Virus record (IMG/VR): IMGVR_UViG_3300020048_000074
Span: 62,001-91,440 of that record
Length of the DNA stretch: 29,440 nucleotides
Direction: 5' to 3' (one strand)
Source: an uncultured virus (IMG/VR IMGVR_UViG_3300020048_000074)
Taxonomy: Duplodnaviria; Heunggongvirae; Uroviricota; Caudoviricetes
Position numbers and translations under genes: made by a program. Under the pieces are notes generated by a model. It ran no database searches and was not told the DNA's origin. It saw only the letters and a program-made list of their open reading frames with translations. Below, in pieces: positions 10,401 through 17,050 of this stretch (position 1 is the stretch's first letter; each line of letters begins with the position of its first letter).

Positions 10401-12118
10401 GTGTCGAGTATACTAAACATACCTTCCTGATCTTTTATTGGTGTTACCTGATATACTTCTTTCGACTTAATTTTTACAGCCTCGGGTTTACCCTTTACAC
10501 CCGCAGCGAACATTCCAGCAACCTCACTAGCATCAGTAAGCGGTTCCAACTTGACAACACGCATTTTGGTTACACCAAGCGCTTTCAGTTTTTTCAACAC
10601 CTCTTCTTTATTACTGTCGTTCAAATCAACCTTGTCGCTTATCACGAGGTCTTCGTAATCCTTCCCCGGAGCGACACCCCAAATGACATACTGGTTACCT
10701 TTTTTTACCGATACACTCTTCGACGGACTTTCGGAAGTTTTCGCTTTTCTGTTTTCCCTAAATGAGTCGCCCTCTGAGCGTAATAACCCATTTAACTTGT
10801 TATACCTTCGAGCATATTCTTGTAATAAAATCCCTTTTGCCTCTTCACCATATTTTTTTTCGTGAAGTGTAATTGCAGCCATAAGCTCTTTGTTGTCGTA
10901 TGGCTGAACAGTATGCTCATTGTTATCAAAAGTTTTCTCTGCAATGTTTTCAGCTACAGTCTTAATTTGTTTTTTGTCTTTTGAAGATATACCGACAACG
11001 GCAGCCTTACCTTTTGGAACATCGCGCCAGTCGCCCTCAGCTACTTTCTTACGCCCCTTAGACACCGTGCCTACTGGCATCTTTTTTGCCTTTTCCAAAT
11101 TCTTGGATTCCATCTCAGCTAAATGGGTATAGTATTCCGGGTCTTCCTGAAGGTGATCGAGCGCGATCTGCTTGGCAACCTCTTTGTCGTCTGTATGCTC
11201 CATCTCAGTATGGATTCCCATGGCAAGTTGTGATGGTCGAATCTTTTTCGTACTCTTGCCTACTTGGTACTTGCCCTTGTGCTTTAAGCTCTCAGCAAGC
11301 TTGGAAGCTTTCTCTATTTTTAATGCTGCCGCTAATTCTCTACGCGGCTGCGCGGTTATTCCATCATATAGGCTTACCACTTGAAGTTTCCCACCTTTTA
11401 AACCAACACCGATGATGACGCCCTGTTGCCAATCGCCACCGGCTTCAAAATACGCCACGCTTGAAGTGAGGCGAATCATATCACAATTTTCTAGGTCCAC
11501 GCCTTTTGGAAAACCTTCAAGCTCTTTTAAATTGTATCTATTCTTGCCTTCCAATAGACCTGAAGCATTAAGAGCAGCTACTAGCGCTTTTCTATCCTTA
11601 TTCTGCTCTGCGGTGTACACTACAGGTTTAGACTTCAGCTTTGAAAACGTAGGGTCAAGCTCAGACGACTTTTTCAGTTTCATACCTACCCGATCCTTCA
11701 ACATTGTTTTGAACGTGGCCATATCGTACACCGACATGCTCTGGAAAAACCCCGGGGAATCGTACTGTCGGCAATACGCGTGCTTTGCTTCCAACGCGTT
11801 ATTATATCCTAACATAACCTTGTCTTCGTCGTAAGCCTTTGTCTTCGGGTCCTGTTGATGAATCACGAACACTTTATCAGAAAACTGGTTTGGTCCGAGG
11901 TAACAATCGACGTGATCTCCATCGGTACCTTCAGTGGCTCGAATATACCCGTAGGCCATGTGCATGAACGTTCTCCATACATGGCCGTCTTCGGACGTAC
12001 CCTGCCGAATGCTGCCGCGCTCGTTCTCAATAGAAACGGGAAGACCCTGATAAGTGGTCTTCCCTTGCAGCTTTCGACTTCGCCAGTCTACCGCGTTCGT
12101 AATTATTCCAAGTTTCAT
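4457..12118 (-). CDS. 2553-aa polyvalent protein: iPyPase domain, DUF5661-like, SH3/KOW-like, zeta-toxin P-loop kinase, PI3K/HipA-like kinase, SWI2/SNF2 helicase
   Basis: SIEN..GS.R..YGYIR.TEG.DGDHVD..YDEDKVMLG (iPyPase); MGIHTEMEHT..IALDHL.EDP.YY; GGRGGSGKS..DADEIK..VHEESS (zeta); EY.AN.IY..LGVPVP..DALLGNWD..RIDNGGSL (kinase fold); GIGKT, DEIH, SGT, GHNLQ, QRNARVFRKGQ (SF2). Confidence 0.9.
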   Translation of the reverse strand: MKLGIITNAVDWRSRKLQGKTTYQGLPVSIENERGSIRQGTSEDGHVWRTFMHMAYGYIRATEGTDGDHVDCYLGPNQFSDKVFVIHQQDPKTKAYDEDKVMLGYNNALEAKHAYCRQYDSPGFFQSMSVYDMATFKTMLKDRVGMKLKKSSELDPTFSKLKSKPVVYTAEQNKDRKALVAALNASGLLEGKNRYNLKELEGFPKGVDLENCDMIRLTSSVAYFEAGGDWQQGVIIGVGLKGGKLQVVSLYDGITAQPRRELAAALKIEKASKLAESLKHKGKYQVGKSTKKIRPSQLAMGIHTEMEHTDDKEVAKQIALDHLQEDPEYYTHLAEMESKNLEKAKKMPVGTVSKGRKKVAEGDWRDVPKGKAAVVGISSKDKKQIKTVAENIAEKTFDNNEHTVQPYDNKELMAAITLHEKKYGEEAKGILLQEYARRYNKLNGLLRSEGDSFRENRKAKTSESPSKSVSVKKGNQYVIWGVAPGKDYEDLVISDKVDLNDSNKEEVLKKLKALGVTKMRVVKLEPLTDASEVAGMFAAGVKGKPEAVKIKSKEVYQVTPIKDQEGMFSILDTDTGKTVKMYGQRGVDAFIDRLKEMKKAGFSDLQEYVKHKNTLYAERIKKEDDVKLMIEQKKEDNFNTTKTGLSVYVDMGKINKLSPMVRGRVINALRKQYNHNNKLMSLRDIIDSGEYSEFAEVQVPQVVFNRTKYNKMDNKQQVEYDKKMETMKVDYVLRRRDPKGYAITLSIPKLVYEVLEASKPKGIKKASDILYDLEKAKALPEGTRRVYGGRKVKKQGGKWVADTDGKQPAADEPDPKKRGAAAPDSTKRNKKDPEDVRGSKSGYGTHNIEVGDTLEFKGKDGDTIKGKVVAEGQKGASVDIGNNNIRKVEWNKVTGFSGEGKKTPVSSAPEGSSTEYVEPASFKADDWAAKMDDPAITKDSILDKAEEAVPGTRNRVDAAEARLAHIEQTIHKYRISGEGAGAVYDEDRTRLHEDIIRSVIPPEKFLAAKPAKGEKPVLIMLGGRGGSGKSWFKGQVYDPEKTVVLDADEIKGMLKEYEGWNAFQVHEESSDILEKVMSIAQSYGLNVVVDATMKTPRSAVGTAQRFLNSDYSLECHYMHCPRKIAAERALSRFMGKSGRYVPVDVILGNTKNEQSFEMVREMADSWSFRDSSGGPPPKLISGEGKGRFMEKSLRRKYLSELFKAMTEKPKAEPKDEKARENANSYDMYDFREPSDGDPFNGMPNLKKDFDKLVSGKDKEAVKGKVEKKVAAKEEAKTEEIEKAMATKYIKKVWRNGRWIYTYPDNGATRNPRQLPDHKVLKNLGGTTGGAMLLELPGGDKKVLKYSTGSAHLKDEYTANRIYEILGVPVPHVQLKEGPKGLGQLADYIEGTPMGELDSETRKKAVESLKAGFVADALLGNWDVLGLAEDNIIWDGNKAWRIDNGGSLRYRAQGQPKGEKFEGSVSEIQSMRDPYKGAGKRAYSTVSDSDVDAQIQRVLDNKQIILNAIDDLALRRVMESRINSLGARVQKSIGDIKIPDMTLLKSDIGDWYLCDHGMMTRFYWFHSLEKATGAKMHYTAADIKGRNMRWVTIRGAKVLLQGTSDGGYVVVGGAGGKLNHLKVDKVLSREDYAEKRKKVEKKRNEDLRELSKEEMAEQVSNRKAEVSAKKIAREEYTNKVTNILGVTQEELRSQISAAEMDAIADKAKAMVEGKVKNKTPEETDAAIEEKTNELVKKAVVEQTKDLEKAALDTLMKDYAPGDPNMKPELRKLLDKDKAIQILTARKEFKKAMKAIGKGQADSHVTLRVGDTYSGDSESIPEDILAEIEQQIETQKNMQLYDRLNAQSDSIQTHVDQGSISALNGLLGDIYGSGATFSTDTIENLGLEAVVRAVTIKLQSDGKGETVRKALEEYSAKEREKVVTKAISESDRRFANADELRNLARDTDDAEAILSMASANGHALKQLTAGQRALGTAVGSLRVVAAMINALEDPPGDVVQVDIGKDLTRARDKAKKAGLPKGSYSIKTLKEGRSKRLVLEIRKDQLDTFFTRNEQLRKDESITAKIKRHEMNNGYLPTGVNPGVKLDAAQEAGLRFFMEKSAVILDFEAGIGKTGMAYAAMMEAMHNKGAKKILVVTPAKTRGDFHKQSNKFLEPEMAKLVHSSTETTSRADRLARHNQDGIHIISQDALREDAAMIKEAGYDMIVVDEIHEMTAGTGQAGRFKSLMDISNIPLKIAMSGTNIKNKKSELYRKINFIDPNHTLGSMSEFNSRYDGLNQGTGMFADAANDAFRKEISEWVYTQKNALPIENTVSTERLALTPEQRKRYAASESQYRMDRDAKKPGASAQRDSRNYAIVTNGNSTQNAKLDKMVDIMKNIHPGEKAVIHLSKPGSPVIHAVKTAVERLEAEFGPGCVGVIQGQGEGSSNAAIAKLKKRFNDPDDPLRFIVGTKSLESGHNLQHGGTVTFHLDIPDSYAAFQQRNARVFRKGQDRDTHAYVLSGTNPFDMRGEDIMETKRKEQEIMGNPRDVDALDETGFLGMLNKYEAEARNEKQSA

Positions 12119-12137
12119 GGCATCCCCTATGCGTGTT

Positions 12138-13025
12138 TCACAACCAGCTTTTTTTGGACTTCACAAGAATGATCGGCCTACTGGCAAACAGCTTGCTGAA
12201 TAAAGTACCGATGGATTTTGCTAAATCTGAAAGCGACATGCAAAACTTTATGTTTTCGCCCGTGGACAGCGGCATCTTGGTATAGAAATCCTTGGCATCG
12301 GGAACTATATCGTAGCCGGTTCCCGCCATGGTTGCCGTGCCTGCGTCCTCTCCCGTGGTCTTTATCATCTCCGCTTTTCCCTTGGTGCAAAATACAATCG
12401 CGTCTTGATGATACATTTTACCAATGGCCATCATGTTCGCTCGGTCGGCATCATGTGCCATTACCATGAAGCTCTCTTCAGGATTCACGTACTTGCCCTT
12501 GCACTGCGTAAAAATATAACCTTCGTCTTTCAACGTAGCGACGAGTTGGTCATGCCTTTTTGCAATCTGGGCATCGGTCATTTTCATGTCCTCTTCATTT
12601 TCCGGATTACGTCCGGCACTCATGAGAGAGAACGTGGTTTTCGTAAGCAGGATATCCAAATCGCGTTTGGTCTGTATGGTCTTCTCGCGCCCCATGCCCT
12701 TTGGCCTTCGAGCGTAATGCTGCATCAAACGCTTAACTTCTTTTTCGGTTACACCCTTCAAGGTGCCCGTATGCGCGGACTGCACCTGCTTCTTTTCGGT
12801 AGACTGCTTCTCGGCTTCAGGCTCGGCCTTCGATTCTTTCTTTCCTATAACAAGTTTATTGGAAGCTTGTTTCTGCCCGGTGCCCTCGGCCTCAGCAGCG
12901 CCCGGCTGCCTGTATTTTTTAGGCTGGGCGTACACGTACTCCCACTCGCCCTTCGATCCCTTATAGCGCCTCAAATACTTGTGAGTCATGGCCTTGAGCA
13001 TTTCACTGGGTTTAAGTAATTTCAT
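12138..13025 (-). CDS. DUF3293-like domain protein with N-terminal tag
   Basis: Start MKLLKPS after GAGGGG. Pattern FSLMSAGRNP..G.Y..PEESF..YHQDAIVF; N-terminal KYLRRYKGSKGEWEYVY. Confidence 0.7.
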   Translation of the reverse strand: MKLLKPSEMLKAMTHKYLRRYKGSKGEWEYVYAQPKKYRQPGAAEAEGTGQKQASNKLVIGKKESKAEPEAEKQSTEKKQVQSAHTGTLKGVTEKEVKRLMQHYARRPKGMGREKTIQTKRDLDILLTKTTFSLMSAGRNPENEEDMKMTDAQIAKRHDQLVATLKDEGYIFTQCKGKYVNPEESFMVMAHDADRANMMAIGKMYHQDAIVFCTKGKAEMIKTTGEDAGTATMAGTGYDIVPDAKDFYTKMPLSTGENIKFCMSLSDLAKSIGTLFSKLFASRPIILVKSKKSWL

Positions 13026-13599
13026 CCGGTCCCCTCTTCCCATCGTAATCTTTATAGTATGCAACTCTTTCGGAGTGCCAACCGATCAACGAGACAAACT
13101 GCCCCGGTACCATTCCATTCTTATAGTCTTCAGGAAATAAATCAAACTGTGCCTTCATCATTACCCGATCCACAAACGAGGCAGATGCCACCCCATACAA
13201 ATTGCAATGGAACGGGACCCAACCAATTTTCTTCCAGAACCATCGCGTATACCAAATGAATAAAAGTACAGGTATGCCCTGTACCTGCTTAGGCTCTAAA
13301 TACTGGTGATACGAACTTAACGCCTCTTCAATTCTTTCAAGCCTATAACTCGGCGCGTAATTCGGTGCCATGCAAAATGACGGGGAAGGAATGGCCGGGT
13401 CCAACGCCGAGGTAACCCGTATTCCGCTTACCAACTTCTTTTTATTATTTTCCCAGATAGCGTGCTCGTACAGGTACCCTTTAAAATAAAGTCCAACGTG
13501 CGTGTATGCTGACCCGGTGAAATAAACGATAGCCTTGTTTAGGATATCCAATATTTTATTGCCGCTCTTTGCGTAGCGCCACACGGGTATCGATAACAT
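13012..13599 (-). CDS. Permuted papain-like (YiiX/NlpC-P60) fold protein; catalytic Cys apparently replaced
   Basis: FTGSAYTHVGLY..LYEH..GIRV at the N-terminus; C-terminal ASASFV..DLFP..VPGQF aligns by eye to the CSELV..TPGDL consensus. Confidence 0.6.
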   Translation of the reverse strand: MLSIPVWRYAKSGNKILDILNKAIVYFTGSAYTHVGLYFKGYLYEHAIWENNKKKLVSGIRVTSALDPAIPSPSFCMAPNYAPSYRLERIEEALSSYHQYLEPKQVQGIPVLLFIWYTRWFWKKIGWVPFHCNLYGVASASFVDRVMMKAQFDLFPEDYKNGMVPGQFVSLIGWHSERVAYYKDYDGKRGPDEIT

Positions 13600-13991
13600 T
13601 ACTTTTTAACCCATATACACAAGGCCATACTAGACTTTCTTAATTTCTTTTTAGCCTTCAGTGACTTGCCACCTGACTCTATGCCACGCAGCCTATCGTA
13701 GTATGCTTTTGACATTCCATGAGACGAATTAAGCGCCTTCGATGCTTGCTGCTTGGTTACGCTTTTCCAGTCTATCTTGCCGCCATTAAAACCCATGGCG
13801 TGGCTTATCTCAGAATAACCCCCGTCTGTTTTTTTCTTAGGCGCTGCGTCACTCTGTTTAGACTCGCTGGTTTCGCTTTCGCTTTCCGCTTTGACTTGAG
13901 TTGGTTGCTTAATTTTAACCCACTTACCTTCAGCCATCTTGGTGTAACCACGTGACACTGTGCCTATAGGCATCTTCCTAGACTTTTCCAT
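13599..13991 (-). CDS. Basic hypothetical protein with N-terminal tag
   Basis: Start MEKSRKMPIGTVSRG after AAGGGG RBS; very Lys-rich. Confidence 0.8.
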   Translation of the reverse strand: MEKSRKMPIGTVSRGYTKMAEGKWVKIKQPTQVKAESESETSESKQSDAAPKKKTDGGYSEISHAMGFNGGKIDWKSVTKQQASKALNSSHGMSKAYYDRLRGIESGGKSLKAKKKLRKSSMALCIWVKK

Positions 13992-13992
13992 T

Positions 13993-14124
13993 TTAATCCC
14001 CTTCGTCGTTTGGGTCAAACCCAAGTATCGCCACAACGTCTTGCGGAGTTGATTCAAGCTCATGATCGTCATCAAGAGATACATCCGTCTTCCACGGAAC
14101 GTTTTCTACTTTTCCGATATACAC
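13993..14124 (-). CDS. 43-aa acidic peptide (MYIGKVENVPWKTDVSLDDDHELESTPQDVVAILGFDPNDEGD)
   Basis: Below the ORF-track cutoff. GTG start 1 nt after the topoisomerase stop; it fills the gap exactly up to the next ATG. Confidence 0.65.
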   Translation of the reverse strand: MYIGKVENVPWKTDVSLDDDHELESTPQDVVAILGFDPNDEGD

Positions 14125-14125
14125 T

Positions 14126-15019
14126 TCAGGCTGCTTCAATTTTGCGCCTCCACTTTTCAAAAATTGCTGGATTGATATACGACGACAGCGCTACCTTGCG
14201 CGTGTTCCCCAGTTTCTCGGCCACCGCGTCGGCAACCTTCAATACTGCCTTCTTGTACTGGGCCATGTTCTCAGGCTGCCCGACTTTCTTCATTGCCAGC
14301 ATCGCAGCATGCGTGGCTACGTGCGTCCTGAAATCCTTGCTCTGGAATCCGGCCCCGTTGCCAAGCGCTTTGGTATACAACAAGAGGCGGTCCCCGGTTA
14401 TTCCAAACACCTTGCCGGTATCCCCCGCAAGCTTCTTTCGCTTAATCATCATCTTTGCCACTTCAGGGGAAGTAATAGGGATAGACAAGTGCACGCCCTT
14501 CTTGCCCACAAAATCCAAACGGACGACCCCGCCCTTTACGAGCACGTGCCGTCCTTCAAGCGTGGTAGCACCAAATGCATCCACGGTCGCATCCGTTTCT
14601 TTTTCGGACCCCGGGCGTATCCCCGTGTCTATGATAAGCGCGAGGCATTCCGCTTCCACTTTGCCCTTGCGCATATTCTTTGCGTTCTCAGCCACAAGAT
14701 CATCGTATGAACGGTTCAATGAGTTGATCCTTGAAAACTTTTCCTTTGCTGAAGACGTTACGTGTTTGGGGTTATACAGGTATTGCGTCCTGCCCTTGCC
14801 ATCCACGCCGGTAACCATGATCCGGGAATTCGGGTCTTTCGCGTATTGGACATTCACCCATGCCGGGGGAACGGTAACCGCTTCCTTCACTCTCTTTGGA
14901 AGGTTGTCACGAGACGCCACCGCGATCCACTTCCCTTCGGCAATCTTTTTAGACTTACCGCTCGGGCTTACTGATCCAACGGGCCGCTTGGCTCCCTTCA
15001 TGAGAATGACGAATCTCAC
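14126..15019 (-). CDS. DNA topoisomerase IB (bacterial/poxviral type)
   Basis: PPAW..V..G.DGKGRTQYLY, GIRPG (R), FGATTL, FVGKKGV (K), SKDFRT (R), LGNT..V..SSYINP (catalytic Tyr). Confidence 0.95.
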   Translation of the reverse strand: MRFVILMKGAKRPVGSVSPSGKSKKIAEGKWIAVASRDNLPKRVKEAVTVPPAWVNVQYAKDPNSRIMVTGVDGKGRTQYLYNPKHVTSSAKEKFSRINSLNRSYDDLVAENAKNMRKGKVEAECLALIIDTGIRPGSEKETDATVDAFGATTLEGRHVLVKGGVVRLDFVGKKGVHLSIPITSPEVAKMMIKRKKLAGDTGKVFGITGDRLLLYTKALGNGAGFQSKDFRTHVATHAAMLAMKKVGQPENMAQYKKAVLKVADAVAEKLGNTRKVALSSYINPAIFEKWRRKIEAA

Positions 15020-15405
15020 TTTGCCGCCCCACGTTTCTTTTTCAGCGCTCTCGGCTCTCGCTTCTTTGGTTCACCAAACTTGGCATTTGCCCATGCGTTC
15101 ACCCGGTCGTACAGACTGAAGCCCACCAAAACATAAAACACGGAAGCCGCGCATACATAAATAAGCACGCGCCAATAAACCTCAAGCTTCCCGGACACTA
15201 AGCCTTTATCGTAAATAAGCGTGGACCAATAGGCAACCCCGATCATTGCAATAAGCGCCACGACATTCTTGGCTGTGTTGTTGTGCAAGATGCAAAGCAT
15301 GCGTCCCACGATGTAAACAAAACCTAACGTCAAGAAAGCAATAAAAGCCCCTCGCAGGGCTACGTCTATAATGAATGGCGCGTAACTTGCAATAAGCTCT
15401 TTCAT
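15016..15405 (-). CDS. 3-TM membrane protein
   Basis: Three hydrophobic helices and a basic C-tail; ATGA overlap with the topoisomerase gene. Confidence 0.75.
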   Translation of the reverse strand: MKELIASYAPFIIDVALRGAFIAFLTLGFVYIVGRMLCILHNNTAKNVVALIAMIGVAYWSTLIYDKGLVSGKLEVYWRVLIYVCAASVFYVLVGFSLYDRVNAWANAKFGEPKKREPRALKKKRGAAK

Positions 15406-15415
15406 TACCAGCCCC

Positions 15416-17023
15416 TTATTCGATCACGATATGAACTCGACGCTCCAAGGCGTCTGTCTTTTCCCGGAATGCTGCCCGGGACTTTTCCATAGGCTCAGCG
15501 TCTACTTGAAAGTCCCCAAACCCATCGCCCTCGGTATCACCGTTGCCGCCGTCAGCAGCAGACTCAGGATCACCACCAGAATCCAGTCCCGCGTCCTCAC
15601 CTTCGCCTCCCATGCCGTCATCCATCCCGCCGCCTTGCTGCTGTTGGGCCTGTTGCTGCTCGGCTGCTTTACCCTGCAAAAATATTTGCACTGCCTGCGG
15701 ATTCAACGGCATCTTGGACCAATCCTCATTGAACGCTGGCAGGTCATCCTCTTTGCGTATCTCGTCAATGGAGCGCCATGCGTTGATCTGCTTGCCTCGA
15801 ACATCCGCTTTCTGGTTCTGATCCTCCACTTCAAGACCGACAAACTTAAAGCGATACTTGTTCGTGACTTTGCGCAACACCTTGTTCACGTGTTGTTCCA
15901 TAAATGAAAGCATGGAAGCAAGCCCGCGTGATTTTGAGTTCTGAATGCGTGTTGTGGTTCCCTGTTCGCCCCATCCACCTGCATTGTCTTCAGAGCGGAT
16001 ACCCATCTCCATGAGGTCTATCGAAAACACCGAGGCTACAATCGAGCTGACAAACGATATTGTCTTATGGTACTCCATATCCTTGTTTGACTGGCCGAGC
16101 GTTTTGAAGTCTATGCCCACGCCATCCTTGCCGGAAGGGAGAATAGGGATCGCCCAGTTGCCACCCGCGCCGCTCATCGCCGCATACCAATAATTCCTGA
16201 TTGAATCGAGCTGCGGCTTGGCTACGTCACCCATAACGGATATGAAGCCTTTCGGCATCTTGTCCTTCACGAGTTGGTCACGTATGTACTGGTATCCAAA
16301 AAGAAGTGTCGTAATTACGTCGATAGCCTGCTCTACCGGGCTGTAACCGTATCCCCGATATTTGATGTCCGACCTTTTGTACTTGTAATCGAATATGATG
16401 TCTTCAGCTTTGAACTCATTGTATATTTTGTCCTCGATGGTCTGCACGTATCGGATGCCCTTGGAAAACGATGATTCATCATCCACCCGGGCAATCGTCG
16501 CTCCGTCCAGTCCCCAGAATGCAACGACCTCACCCCGCCTGTTTCTTTGTATCTCCGTTGCGATCTGATCGATTTCATAAATGTCCCTGACCATCATGGT
16601 AAGGTAATCGGAAAAATCATCCTCACGGTCCGGGTCGAAATTAAATCCGGTCTGCTCAAAGAAAGTGGAAAGCTGCATGACCTCTTCGTCATCCACTTTG
16701 TCCTTCCCATGCTCATGCCGGGTCCGCTGCTCCAATTCAAAAACAAACCCCTTGTCCCCTTCAGTCGTTGCCATCTTGCAAAACGGCAACACGTGGTCCG
16801 TCCGCGTATTGATGATCGCATTTATAATGGGAAGACGTTGTGAGATGTTTCGCAGGGTACGGAAATTAAGCTGAAGCACGCGTTCCCGGATACCCTTAGA
16901 ACCGTGCCATAGCCATGATTGGATTGTTGGATCGACAAGCTGGGTCTGTAATTGCTTTATAGTGGCATCGACGCTTATGAAATTCGGTGCAGCGCCGTGC
17001 TTGGTACTTTTCTTTCGTGCCAT
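15416..17023 (-). CDS. Phage portal protein
   Basis: DQIATEIQRNRRGEVVAFWGLDGATI, GYGYSPVEQA, PKGFI, DMEY, SIDEIRKEDDLP motifs typical of portals (SPO1/Twort-like flavour); AGGAGG RBS. Confidence 0.9.
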   Translation of the reverse strand: MARKKSTKHGAAPNFISVDATIKQLQTQLVDPTIQSWLWHGSKGIRERVLQLNFRTLRNISQRLPIINAIINTRTDHVLPFCKMATTEGDKGFVFELEQRTRHEHGKDKVDDEEVMQLSTFFEQTGFNFDPDREDDFSDYLTMMVRDIYEIDQIATEIQRNRRGEVVAFWGLDGATIARVDDESSFSKGIRYVQTIEDKIYNEFKAEDIIFDYKYKRSDIKYRGYGYSPVEQAIDVITTLLFGYQYIRDQLVKDKMPKGFISVMGDVAKPQLDSIRNYWYAAMSGAGGNWAIPILPSGKDGVGIDFKTLGQSNKDMEYHKTISFVSSIVASVFSIDLMEMGIRSEDNAGGWGEQGTTTRIQNSKSRGLASMLSFMEQHVNKVLRKVTNKYRFKFVGLEVEDQNQKADVRGKQINAWRSIDEIRKEDDLPAFNEDWSKMPLNPQAVQIFLQGKAAEQQQAQQQQGGGMDDGMGGEGEDAGLDSGGDPESAADGGNGDTEGDGFGDFQVDAEPMEKSRAAFREKTDALERRVHIVIE

Positions 17024-17050
17024 ACGGGATCAAGTCCTCCTACTACTTTA

